Positions 1 to 9,656 of a stretch of 61,368 nucleotides of DNA are shown in pieces; position 1 is the first letter of the stretch; each line of letters begins with the position of its first letter. The stretch comes from an uncultured Phycisphaerales bacterium (GTDB lineage Bacteria; Planctomycetota; Phycisphaerae; SM23-33), in assembly GCA_965369385.1 (NCBI GenBank), contig CBDUQP010000004.1, positions 1 through 61,368 on the forward strand, written 5' to 3'. The translations under genes were made by a program, and so were the position numbers. The notes under the pieces are model-generated. The model was given only the letters and a program-made list of their open reading frames with translations. It did no database searches and had not been told where the DNA came from.

Positions 1-1
1 G

Positions 2-1417
2 GACACCGAGACCAAGATGTTCTGCCGATGCAGAAACAACTTTGGCGACGCTCCGAACTCCAACGTTTGCCCGGTATGCCTGGGAATGCCCGGCGCCCTT
101 CCGGTAATGAACAAGAAGGCTGTCGATCTGTCGATGAAGGTGGCGATGGCGTTGGGGTGCAACGTGCCCGACTTTTCCAAGTGGGACCGCAAGAGCTACT
201 ACTACCCCGACCTGCCCAAGAACTACCAGATCAGCCAGTACGATCTGCCCCTCAGTGCCCGCGGTATCCTTTCAGTACCCCTGCCGGATGGCACGACCAA
301 GGATATCCGCATCCTGCGAGCCCACCTGGAAGAGGACGCGGGCAAGAATATTCACGATAACCCCGCACACACCTGCGTCGACATCAACCGCACGGGCGTT
401 CCGCTACTGGAGATCGTCTCCGAGCCCGACATGCAGTCTGCAGTGGAGGCCGGGGCATATGGGCGCACCATGCAGAGGCTGGTGAGGTGGCTTGGGGCAA
501 GCGAAGCGAACATGCAAATGGGACACATGCGTTTCGAACCAAATATTAACCTGCATATCACGCGAGACGGCAAAATATATAAAACTCCAATCGTCGAGAT
601 AAAAAATCTCAACAGTTTCCGGGCGTTGGAAAACTCGATCACGTTCGAAATTGACCGCCAATATGACGAATGGCAGAACAATAACGACTACACGATAGCG
701 AATTTCCCCAAGCAAAATCGCGGATATGACGATGCCACCGGCAGGACACTGTTCCAGCGGAACAAGGAAGAAGCCCACGATTACCGCTACTTCCCCGATC
801 CGGACCTGGTGCCGGTTATTGTGGATGAGCCTTGGCGTGAGTCGATCCGCGAGACGATCCCGGAATTGCCCATAGCACGTCGCACCCGTTATATGGATGC
901 CTGGGGCCTATCTCTGGAACATGCCGATATCCTGACGATGGACTTGGCGACCGGAGACCTGCTGGACGCGGCAATCAACGCTGGCGGAGAACCTAAACGC
1001 TGTGTTAATCTACTGATAGGCAAAGGTGCTTCAATCGCCAATGAACGTGAATGCACCATCGGCGGGATCGGAGTATCGGCCGGGCAGCTCGCTGATCTGG
1101 CCAAAATGCTGACTGCGGGCGATGTGAACGCGACCGCAGCAGAGAAGATATTCGATGTACTGGCAAGCGAAGGCGGCGATCCGCGTCAGATAGCCGAATC
1201 TCTCGGCCTGATGGCAATCCGGGACACCAGGGCAATTGAAGCGTGGGTGGACGAAGTTATCTCCGCCAATACAAAAGCGGTGGAAGATGCAAAGTCTGAT
1301 GGGAAAAGGAGCAAGAAGTCCATGGGCTTCCTGATGGGCCAGGTTATGCAGAAATCCAAGGGGGCGGCTCCTCCTGCGGAAGTCCAGAAACTACTTAATG
1401 ATAAGTTGGGGCTTTAG
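2..1417 (+). CDS. gatB: Asp-tRNA(Asn)/Glu-tRNA(Gln) amidotransferase subunit B, 5' end truncated by window edge
   Basis: TKMFC..PNSNVCPVCLGMPGALP, YYYPDLPKNYQISQ, HLEEDAGK, NRTGVPLLEIVSEPD, DYRYFPDPDL and YqeY-like tail; frame is open from base 2. Confidence 0.97.
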   Translation, partial: DTETKMFCRCRNNFGDAPNSNVCPVCLGMPGALPVMNKKAVDLSMKVAMALGCNVPDFSKWDRKSYYYPDLPKNYQISQYDLPLSARGILSVPLPDGTTKDIRILRAHLEEDAGKNIHDNPAHTCVDINRTGVPLLEIVSEPDMQSAVEAGAYGRTMQRLVRWLGASEANMQMGHMRFEPNINLHITRDGKIYKTPIVEIKNLNSFRALENSITFEIDRQYDEWQNNNDYTIANFPKQNRGYDDATGRTLFQRNKEEAHDYRYFPDPDLVPVIVDEPWRESIRETIPELPIARRTRYMDAWGLSLEHADILTMDLATGDLLDAAINAGGEPKRCVNLLIGKGASIANERECTIGGIGVSAGQLADLAKMLTAGDVNATAAEKIFDVLASEGGDPRQIAESLGLMAIRDTRAIEAWVDEVISANTKAVEDAKSDGKRSKKSMGFLMGQVMQKSKGAAPPAEVQKLLNDKLGL

Positions 1418-1574
1418 GCAAAAAACTGTTGGCGTTTGTGCGACAGATAAATGATACTGTTGGCACTGATTTGTAGATATCCCACCTGCGATGTGGACAT
1501 CGCAACACGACACGTTTGGTCATACCCCTTGGGATATAAACGGCGGTTTAAGAGCAACATATAGGAGTTGGCGT

Positions 1575-2972
1575 ATGGCACGTGTGGTTCAAAAACAAGA
1601 GAATCCTCTGCTCTTCGTTCTCGTTATCTTCATATTCCTGTTCGTGGTGTCGGCAGCTTTGGCGGTGCTGTTTCTCAACCAAGCCACTGAAGCTGAAGAC
1701 AAGTTGGCGACCAGGAACAAGACCCTGAGCACCCTGGCCAGCCCCAGCGATATGAATCTGCCCGTCGTCAAGAGCCTGATGAAGGCTGCTGGACGCTCTG
1801 GCGGAAAGAGCGTAGTAGCCGCCCTTAATAACGAGAGCATCAAGCTGGGCACACTCATCAGCGGCGATGTAATCTCCGTCGAAGATGCAATGAAGGCATA
1901 CGATACGCTCCATAAGAACATGGTGGATATGTATGGTATCAAGGATAAACGCGGATGGCTGCTTGGTGATGTCCTTGGCGCTTACACGGCACTGACCGAA
2001 GCCAAGACCCAAATCGCAACGCTCAATGAGCAGATAAAATCTCTGACCAAAAACGTCGGCGACAAAAGCAGCGAAATATCCAAAGCCCGCAATGCTTTTG
2101 ATGCGGAAATCGCGACGCTGTCCAAGGAAAAATCCACACTCGCCACCAGTCTGAGTGCCGCACAGGCCCTGAGAATCAAAGAACTGAAAACTGCCAGTGA
2201 CCAGGGATTGAAGATAGATCGCAAAAAACGCAAAGAGATCGAGGGTCTGAAACGCAGGATCAACGCGTTGAGTATCCAAATCAAGCTGAAGGACGCCCAG
2301 ATCAAGCTGCTGTCCAAGCCTGAAGGCACCGGTAGTGGACTCGCGCTGGGGCCAAAATCCGCAGGCCAGATCGTCGATATCATGACCGATATTCCCGTCT
2401 GCTTCATTCCGTTGGGCAAGGAAGACAATATCGTACGCGGCATGACGTTCCGCATATACAGCCCCGCCGGTATCCCCGCAGACGGTACCGGACACAAAGC
2501 ATCCATCACCGTAACAAGGGTACTGCCCAAAAATAGCCAATGCCGGATCGAGCAGGCCCACGGGCAGAAACCCGTAGCCATCGGCGACCTGTTCATGAAT
2601 ATTGCCTATGACAGGACACACACAAGAGTATTCGTCGTAAACGGTCGATTCGACCTGTTCGGAACCGGGTATGCCCGCAACAATTCTGCCAAGCGTCAGA
2701 TTGTGAACATAATCGAACGTTCCGGCGGCAAGGTTACCGAGGAAGTTTCCTACAAGACCGACTTTGTCCTGCTCGGCGAAAAACCCCTCATGCCAGATGC
2801 CCCCGGCGAAGACGACGAAGAGCATGTGCGTATGGCATATGCACGCCAGCTCAAGAAGCTCAAGGAATACAATGATGTCCTCGAGAAGGCACAGAAGCTT
2901 CGCATCGAAGTTATCAACATTAAACGCTTCCTGGCCCTGTCAGGATACGATCCGGCAAAGACGCTGAAATAG
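1575..2972 (+). CDS. Membrane-anchored coiled-coil protein with FlgT_C-like beta domain and C-terminal BRCT-like domain
   Basis: GGAG RBS before ATG 1575; N-terminal TM (LLFVLVIFIFLFVVSAALAVLFL); long heptad region; FVVNGRF...IERSGGKVTEEVSYKTDFVLLGEKP matches BRCT pattern. Confidence 0.7.
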   Translation: MARVVQKQENPLLFVLVIFIFLFVVSAALAVLFLNQATEAEDKLATRNKTLSTLASPSDMNLPVVKSLMKAAGRSGGKSVVAALNNESIKLGTLISGDVISVEDAMKAYDTLHKNMVDMYGIKDKRGWLLGDVLGAYTALTEAKTQIATLNEQIKSLTKNVGDKSSEISKARNAFDAEIATLSKEKSTLATSLSAAQALRIKELKTASDQGLKIDRKKRKEIEGLKRRINALSIQIKLKDAQIKLLSKPEGTGSGLALGPKSAGQIVDIMTDIPVCFIPLGKEDNIVRGMTFRIYSPAGIPADGTGHKASITVTRVLPKNSQCRIEQAHGQKPVAIGDLFMNIAYDRTHTRVFVVNGRFDLFGTGYARNNSAKRQIVNIIERSGGKVTEEVSYKTDFVLLGEKPLMPDAPGEDDEEHVRMAYARQLKKLKEYNDVLEKAQKLRIEVINIKRFLALSGYDPAKTLK

Positions 2973-2995
2973 GTCAATATCCACGCAAAACTCGC

Positions 2996-3031
2996 CAGCG
3001 CGGCGGCCACCTCCGGCCGCCGCGCTGCTTT
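2996..3031 (+). terminator. GC-rich hairpin, probable terminator
   Basis: Perfect 13-bp stem CAGCGCGGCGGCC/GGCCGCCGCGCTG followed by CTTT, just after the stop at 2972. Confidence 0.5.
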
Positions 3032-3045
3032 GCGCCCAGGTAGCC

Positions 3046-3073
3046 TTGACATCACCGCTGTAATCCTTATCGT
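3046..3073 (+). promoter_or_regulatory. Putative sigma70 promoter for the aminotransferase
   Basis: TTGACA-16nt-TATCGT, about 55 nt upstream of ATG 3128. Confidence 0.45.
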
Positions 3074-3127
3074 ATTTACTTGTTGAGATAAAATTATCGT
3101 CGGCAGCAAACCACAAGGATACGCCAG

Positions 3128-4315
3128 ATGAAGCTCTCCAAAAGAATATCAGCAATCGGTGTAAGCGCCACCATCGCCATAACCTCACGTGCCAAAGAAC
3201 TCCAGGCCGAAGGCATCGACATTGTGAGCTATGGCGCAGGCGAACCTGATTTCGACACGCCGCAATTCCTCAAAGATGCTGCAATTGAGGCACTAGCCAG
3301 CGGCGACACGAAATACAACCCCAGAAAGGCTGCCGCCCTGCGAGAAGCTATAGCCGCAAAGTGCCTGAAGGAAAACGGCCTGAATTACACCGCCGATCAG
3401 GTTGTCGTAACCATTGGCGCAAAACACGCTTGTGAAGCTATCTGCCAGGTCGTCCTCGATCCCGGCGACAAGGTGCTCATACCCGCCCCCTACTGGGTCA
3501 GCTATCCCGAAATGGTCAAGCTCGCCGGCGGCATCCCCGTGATCCTGCCTGCAGGCAGCGACACCCAGTTCAAAATCACCGGAAAGCAGATCCTCGACGC
3601 CGCAGATGCCGACACGAAAATGCTGATCCTGAACTCGCCGAACAACCCCACTGGCGTCAGCTACTCACGCGAGGAACTCCAGGACATCGCCGATGCAGTC
3701 CTGAAGACCGACATGATCGTCCTCAGCGACGAAATCTACGAGAAGCTCATCTATGGCGACACCGAGTTCGTCTCGTTCGCTTCACTTGACGAGCGTCTCA
3801 TGGATCGCACCATCACCGTAAACGGCCTGAGCAAGACATACTCGATGACCGGATGGCGACTCGGATGGGCCGCCGGCCCCAAAGACGTAATCGGTGCCAT
3901 AAAACGCCTCATGAGCCACCAGACCACCAATCCCGTCAGCTTCGCACAAGCAGCGGCGTTGGCGGCATACGTCGATCCGCAGGCCGACGCAATTGTCGAA
4001 GGGATGCGGCAGGAATTCGAAAAACGCGGCATCCACATGGCAAAACGCCTTAACGCCATTGACGGGATCACCTGCATTCAGCCGGAAGGTGCGTTCTACT
4101 GCTTCCCCGATGTGAGCGCCCACTATGGCCGCGAGATCTGCGGAACGAAGATCGACGGTTCGATGACGCTGGCGAAAGTCGCCCTGGAAGAAGCCAAAAT
4201 AGCCGTTGTCCCGGGTGCGGCCTTTGGTGAAGACAAGTGCATTCGCCTGAGCTTTGCCACCAGCATGGAACAGATCGACAAGGGCCTCGACCGCCTGACC
4301 GAACTGCTCAAGTAG
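3128..4315 (+). CDS. aspC: PLP-dependent class I/II (aspartate) aminotransferase
   Basis: GAGEPDFDTP, LNSPNNPTG, SDEIYE, NGLSKTYSMTGWRLG (PLP lysine), PEGAFY. Confidence 0.9.
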   Translation: MKLSKRISAIGVSATIAITSRAKELQAEGIDIVSYGAGEPDFDTPQFLKDAAIEALASGDTKYNPRKAAALREAIAAKCLKENGLNYTADQVVVTIGAKHACEAICQVVLDPGDKVLIPAPYWVSYPEMVKLAGGIPVILPAGSDTQFKITGKQILDAADADTKMLILNSPNNPTGVSYSREELQDIADAVLKTDMIVLSDEIYEKLIYGDTEFVSFASLDERLMDRTITVNGLSKTYSMTGWRLGWAAGPKDVIGAIKRLMSHQTTNPVSFAQAAALAAYVDPQADAIVEGMRQEFEKRGIHMAKRLNAIDGITCIQPEGAFYCFPDVSAHYGREICGTKIDGSMTLAKVALEEAKIAVVPGAAFGEDKCIRLSFATSMEQIDKGLDRLTELLK

Positions 4316-4361
4316 GCAAACAAGCCGCGCGTGACACATCACGGATTGACTGAGAATAAGA

Positions 4362-4400
4362 AAACGGGTCGTCTGGAAGAATCCGGACGGCCCGTTTCCT
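4362..4400. terminator. Bidirectional intrinsic terminator
   Basis: Stem AAACGGGTCGTCTGGA/TCCGGACGGCCCGTTT between convergent genes. Confidence 0.7.
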
Positions 4401-4421
4401 GTTGGACATATTGCTGTTTGT

Positions 4422-6077
4422 TTACTGCTCTGTGCCGGCTGCGGAGTGGATTTTCCACAGGCTTCGCCACGTGGCGGCGGCTTTGTCCATCAAGCCCATA
4501 TTCTGCAGGCAAAGCGCCAGCCCCGCTCGAACGGGTTCGCAATTTGGTGTTTCCTTTGCGGCTTGTTCCATCTCTTTGACTGCGACTTCGAACTCGCGTC
4601 GATCCGTATGCAACAATCCTAGTCTGTAGTGCAAATCAATATACTCAGGCTGAACATCCAACACCCGCGTGAACGTTTCAATAGCTTCGGTGCCCATCCC
4701 AAGGTCCTGCTGGCAGATTCCCAGCTTGATCAAGGCTTGAACATAGGTAGGATTGATATTGACGGCCTGCTGGAACTGCTCAAGTGCTTCTTTCTGCCTA
4801 TCTTCGGCGCGGAGCAGCACGCCATAGCGATATCGCACATCCGCCTGATGCCCGTTTCGCGAGACCTCATCGGCATGCATCTGCAACTGCTTCTTGAGGA
4901 GCATTTCGTTATCGAGCGACACATTTGCGCTGGCAACGTCTTCATCTTCATCAAAGCCTCTGAGATACTCATCCGCCATTGCCGACTTAAGTTGCAGCCG
5001 CGACATCTCCGTCAGTAGCAGCGAGCTGTTTGGCTCAACCGACAATGCCAACTCAAAGCTGTTCATGGCGTCGGCCTTCTTGCCGGCAGCCATCTGGGAA
5101 ACTCCGAGTCCCACGTAGGTCAGCAGAACGTTTTCATTGAGTTGCGCCGCTTCGTGGAAGGCGTCGGCCGCCTGTTCCCATCGTCCGGCAATCAGGTGGA
5201 ACGTTCCGAGCTTAACGAATGCCTCCAGATAGTTCGGTTGCAGCGCGATCGCCTCATGGTAGTGCATAACTGCTGCGTCCGAATCGCCAACCTGGTTATA
5301 CAAATCGGCAAGTCTCACGTGCAGATCAGGGAAATCGCCCTGTCGATCGATCAGCCACTCCAGGCGTTCGATGGCCTGGCGAACCTGCCCGGAAGCAACA
5401 AGAGCTTCAACCTGGTCATCAACGAGCGACCAGTTTTCCGGTTCGAGCGCGATGGCGGTTTCATATTCTCCCACGGCCTGGTCATACATACCTGCCCGAT
5501 AATACATATGCGCAAGTGCGATGCGTGTGTGCGTAATCTGCGGTTGGAGGTCTCGCAGCTCTGTATATTGCTCGATGGCACCGTCAATGTCGTTTGTGAC
5601 GAGGCACACGGCGGCGAGTCGTTCTCTGGCAGCGCTGAACGTGTCATCACACTCGATGGCATCCTGGTAGAAGCGAATTGCCAACCGGCTGTCGCCAAGC
5701 CTCTCATGGCAGAATCCCATCGCAAACAGCACCGAAACTTCTCCCGGGCGTTGTTGGTTGGCAAACTCCAACTGCTCCAATGCCTTGTCGATTTGTCCCA
5801 TGTCGCCATATGCGGACGCCAGCGCCAGTCTTGCAACGGCGTAGTCGCTCTTCAGTTCGCAGGCACATAACAGGTGCTCGATTGCATCTTCAATGCGAAC
5901 TGCCCGCAAGTTGGCAAGTCCGACCTTGAACTGCAAGTCTGGCCAATCAGGATTCTTATCGCACCTGGCCTGAATGCTCTCGAGAGAGTTTGCCTGGGGC
6001 ACCCAGTAATGGCTGTCAAGAATATCACCAATATCGCTTTCCAGGCCTCTGCCCAGTAATTCCAAAAGATGGCTCAC
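4422..6077 (-). CDS. Tetratricopeptide repeat protein
   Basis: Many TPR units (e.g. AVGEYETAIALEPEN, EAFVKLG, ALEQFQQAVNINPTY); GTG start at 6077 with AGGAG RBS. Confidence 0.88.
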   Translation of the reverse strand: MSHLLELLGRGLESDIGDILDSHYWVPQANSLESIQARCDKNPDWPDLQFKVGLANLRAVRIEDAIEHLLCACELKSDYAVARLALASAYGDMGQIDKALEQLEFANQQRPGEVSVLFAMGFCHERLGDSRLAIRFYQDAIECDDTFSAARERLAAVCLVTNDIDGAIEQYTELRDLQPQITHTRIALAHMYYRAGMYDQAVGEYETAIALEPENWSLVDDQVEALVASGQVRQAIERLEWLIDRQGDFPDLHVRLADLYNQVGDSDAAVMHYHEAIALQPNYLEAFVKLGTFHLIAGRWEQAADAFHEAAQLNENVLLTYVGLGVSQMAAGKKADAMNSFELALSVEPNSSLLLTEMSRLQLKSAMADEYLRGFDEDEDVASANVSLDNEMLLKKQLQMHADEVSRNGHQADVRYRYGVLLRAEDRQKEALEQFQQAVNINPTYVQALIKLGICQQDLGMGTEAIETFTRVLDVQPEYIDLHYRLGLLHTDRREFEVAVKEMEQAAKETPNCEPVRAGLALCLQNMGLMDKAAATWRSLWKIHSAAGTEQ

Positions 6078-6090
6078 GCGATCTCTCCTT

Positions 6091-7356
6091 CTAAGCTGCC
6101 GATACGTCCAACGCCATGCGAGCACGCTCGTAATTCGGCTTAAGTTCCAACGCTCTCCTGAGATGAATATTGGCCTTTCGACGCTTACCACCGTTCCTCA
6201 GGAGTTCTCCCGTCTTGCAATGAACGTCTGGCCAGTCCGCACCACACGCTATTGCCCGCTCCAAATACCTGATCGCCGAAGCCGTATCGCCCATATCCGA
6301 GCAGATATCCGCCAACTGCATCAGGCCCTTTACATAATTACCGTTCGTCGCTACCGCCTGGCTTGCACGGGCAAGCGCCACGTCCATATCGCCCAGACGC
6401 TGGTAAACCCGGCTGCTGTGATACAGCATGTCGGCATAATCAGGATGCTCACGCACCACGCGATCCAGCTCAGATGCGACCGTCCGCAACAGTTCCACAT
6501 CCACCTCACCACAACGCTGCGAAAGCAACGCTTCGATGAACTCGGGCTCACGAAGCATGTATTCAGCCAGATCGCATCCGCGCAGAGTCCGATTCACCGG
6601 TGAATCCGAAAGCTCGACTTCTATCTCCAATCCACTTTCCTGTGCGGCCCGCATCGCAATCGCCAATTGCCTGGCCAGCACAGTGTCCTTCGGATTGAGA
6701 GTAAATGCGGCCTGCAGGTTTCCCAGCGCAGCGGCTATATCGCCCATCGCTCCGGCCGCCATCGCCAGATATCTGCGTGCACGAACGTTTGTCTCGTCGC
6801 ATGCAACTGCATTTTCGAATTCGCGACGTGCATCCTCATAACGGTCTTCCCGGGCTCTAAACAGACCCATCTGAATGAACATCTCCGCGTTATTACCGAC
6901 TTCTCGCATTGCCTGAATCAGCGTCATTACCGCATGCTCACGCCTTCCGCCCATGAACATCGCCTGTGAACACTTGATCCAATCGGAAGCACTGCCGCCA
7001 TTTCGCCTGCAAGTTCGCAAGTATGCGTCCCCACTCGCGGAATGCATGCCCATCTGTGCAAGCACAACTGCATACTTGCGACCCACTTTCGCATCATCGG
7101 GCAACATTTCGGCTGCAACACGCAGGTGTATTCTCGCCCGCTTAATCGCACCGGCGTCCATTGCCTCAAAGCCGAGTGCACGTTGAGCCAGCCCATACTT
7201 CCTGCGTACGGTTGTCATCAAGCGTTTATGCCTGTCGCCGAGCCCGTCGAGAATTCGCAAACACGCCGCATACTCTCTGCGACGATACTCACTGAGACAT
7301 CTCTTGTAGGCTTCTGCGTCAGCCAATCGTTGTCGGATCTTTCTCAAGATTAACAT
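6091..7356 (-). CDS. Tetratricopeptide repeat protein
   Basis: TPR units (ARREFENAVACDETN, HPDYADMLY, LRRALELKPNY); ATG 7356 with GGAGG RBS. Confidence 0.82.
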   Translation of the reverse strand: MLILRKIRQRLADAEAYKRCLSEYRRREYAACLRILDGLGDRHKRLMTTVRRKYGLAQRALGFEAMDAGAIKRARIHLRVAAEMLPDDAKVGRKYAVVLAQMGMHSASGDAYLRTCRRNGGSASDWIKCSQAMFMGGRREHAVMTLIQAMREVGNNAEMFIQMGLFRAREDRYEDARREFENAVACDETNVRARRYLAMAAGAMGDIAAALGNLQAAFTLNPKDTVLARQLAIAMRAAQESGLEIEVELSDSPVNRTLRGCDLAEYMLREPEFIEALLSQRCGEVDVELLRTVASELDRVVREHPDYADMLYHSSRVYQRLGDMDVALARASQAVATNGNYVKGLMQLADICSDMGDTASAIRYLERAIACGADWPDVHCKTGELLRNGGKRRKANIHLRRALELKPNYERARMALDVSAA

Positions 7357-7576
7357 GGCTTGCCTCCAAGGAATCTTATCGGCACAGATTTCGAGCCTAT
7401 GAAATAAGCGAGACAGATAGTTCCCCCATTTCTCCGGCACTCCGCGACGGTCCGATCGGCGCATCGAAAAGGCCACAAAGTCCCGCAGGACACTTGCAGC
7501 CTTAATCACATGTTAGCTAACCATTTAGCGCTAGTTATTTGTAACAGCGAATTTAACTTGTCGCCGTTAGAAAATA

Positions 7577-7948
7577 CTAGTAAGCGCCCCTTCCCGTTAG
7601 CTCCGCCGCAATGGTCTGGATCCGTATCATTGTATCCAGCAAGAAGTTACGAGTTTGAATGTAATACAGATCAAGCTCGACCCACCTGTCATAGGAAAGC
7701 TGGCTGCGACCTGATATCTGCCAAAGGCATGTCAGACCAGGCTTTACCTTTGTGCGAAGCAATGCCCTGCCTTGTGTATTCTGGGCCTCGGGATACCACA
7801 GAGGCCTGGGCCCAACCAGCGTCATCTGCCCCATAAGAACATTCACCAACTGCGGAAGCTCGTCGATGCTCGTGCGGCGAATTATCTTACCCACACGTGT
7901 GAGTCGAGGATCCTTCGCGATCTTGAAAACAGAACCATCCTGCTCACG
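7577..7948 (-). pseudogene. N-terminally truncated bacterial sugar transferase (priming glycosyltransferase, WcaJ/CpsE-like catalytic domain)
   Basis: EQDGSVFKIAKDPRLTRVGKIIRRTSIDELPQLVNVLMGQMTLVGPRP...VKPGLTCLWQISGRS present; TM helix and KFRSM segment absent; the RBS-linked GTG at 7947 is out of frame. Confidence 0.7.
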
Positions 7949-9476
7949 TGCGTTTCCTCCGCGCGCGTTTGAGCATGGTCTGAGCACCTGCAACCAGGAG
8001 GCGTTTTTCATGCCCTTGGAACACCAGCCCCGTCTGCCAGAACAACACGCACAAAACAGCCCACAGACCGACTGCCGCATAACCGGGCAGCAGCAACACC
8101 AGCGGCGTCATCTGCACTGCGATAGTCGTCCAGCTAACCGCAGGGCGAACCACACGCAGATAGATTACTGATACGATACCAACGCCGATGAACTGTCCCA
8201 CGCCTGCGGCACAGGCAACGCCATACAGACCGCCCGGGCCTACCCACCACGCCGCAAGACACCAATTCGCCAGCCCGCCAGCCAGGCCCGCCAGCACTAT
8301 CAGCGAGGGTCTCTCGTGCAATTTTGCGGTCATCGCGAGGATGGCCATGTTGGCAACCACCTGAAAACTCATCATGAGCGGGCCCACAAGCAGGCGCCCT
8401 TCCCTGTATTCCGGCTTGAGCACCAGCACCCACCACTGCGAGGTCGCATGAATCATCACGCCAAGCGTTACCAGAGCTATCACCAACCCCTTGTAGGATG
8501 TCTCCATGACACCGTTGGCGACTATACGATGGCCGCTCTCCCAGCGTTTGGCAACATGCACGAATACCACCGTCCACGCGGCCTGGGCCAGCAGCAACAC
8601 CGGCTGACCCAACCGAAGGAACGGGTAGAAAACGCCTGCCTGATCCTTGCTCAGATACCAGGTAGCCATGAAGAAACTGATGTGCTGGTTCACGATCCAC
8701 AGCACTGTACCAATAAGCGATACGAAACCAAATGCCGCCATACGCCGCAACATTGCAGATTTCGCACCCTCTGGACCTTCCGGATCGACGCTTACCGCCC
8801 CGGCCGGTGGCATGGTGACCCCTCGAAAATACAAATGCAGCATGCACATACCGAACGCCAGCGTGCCTGCCAGCGACACCGCGTGCGCCACCAGCACAAT
8901 CAGCGCCGAAGACCGCACCAGCAGCAATACGACAGCAAGAATCGTGAATGACAGCCCAAACATGATCTCCAGGACCGAGACCATCCTGTAAGCCCGGAGT
9001 CCTCGCAGGAATGCTATTATATTAGTGTAGAATGCCAGCAGCAGTCCGTTGGCAAGCGCCAGCCAGCATATCATGAGATGATGATTCCAGTCCACACCCG
9101 CGACCGGCTCACCTGCCATGAGCACCCACTTGGTAATCAACCCCGATGCACACATGGCACCTGCAAATGCAAACAGGCCGATTGCAGTAAGCCAGATACA
9201 CATTTTGCGATACAGCTCGCCAAGCCTGCCGGCGGCTTCGTATACGTTCACATAGCGTTCAAGACTGCTGTTTGCCCCCAGAGTCATGATCGGACCGGCA
9301 ATGTTTATGAGCATTATGCCCAAGCCGAGCAAGGCATACTGCTCCCTTGCCATCAGCCACGTGAGAATCGCAATGCGCAGCAGTCCCATGCCCCTCTGAA
9401 GGGCCGTCATGGGAACATAAAGCAGCAATGAGCCGCCGAGCGTTCCCGCATGGAACAATCTCTGAACGATAGACAA
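7944..9476 (-). CDS. Oligosaccharide flippase (Wzx/MATE-like polysaccharide biosynthesis protein)
   Basis: About 12-14 hydrophobic segments; LQRGMGLLRIAILTWLM..EQYALLGL pattern; located in a Wzc locus. Confidence 0.8.
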   Translation of the reverse strand: MSIVQRLFHAGTLGGSLLLYVPMTALQRGMGLLRIAILTWLMAREQYALLGLGIMLINIAGPIMTLGANSSLERYVNVYEAAGRLGELYRKMCIWLTAIGLFAFAGAMCASGLITKWVLMAGEPVAGVDWNHHLMICWLALANGLLLAFYTNIIAFLRGLRAYRMVSVLEIMFGLSFTILAVVLLLVRSSALIVLVAHAVSLAGTLAFGMCMLHLYFRGVTMPPAGAVSVDPEGPEGAKSAMLRRMAAFGFVSLIGTVLWIVNQHISFFMATWYLSKDQAGVFYPFLRLGQPVLLLAQAAWTVVFVHVAKRWESGHRIVANGVMETSYKGLVIALVTLGVMIHATSQWWVLVLKPEYREGRLLVGPLMMSFQVVANMAILAMTAKLHERPSLIVLAGLAGGLANWCLAAWWVGPGGLYGVACAAGVGQFIGVGIVSVIYLRVVRPAVSWTTIAVQMTPLVLLLPGYAAVGLWAVLCVLFWQTGLVFQGHEKRLLVAGAQTMLKRARRKRT

Positions 9477-9656
9477 CCGGTACTCCTGTGATACGCCATC
9501 GGCCTGCGAGTTACTCGCATATTACGCAAACTATGCCGCCAATGGCAAATTAGTTGGATGCGGATCGATCTGGCGATTGTAGCCGACAATCATACCCCCC
9601 AGCAACCAGAGCAATACTCAAACAAGTGTGCAAAGGAACTTCGCAATGGGACCGGT

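Noticed and set aside
1548-2825. 425-aa antisense ORF (likewise 35915-37108, 13183-14259, 18928-20229)
   Set aside because: Shadow ORFs opposite well-supported genes, expected from GC3 bias; no recognisable motifs
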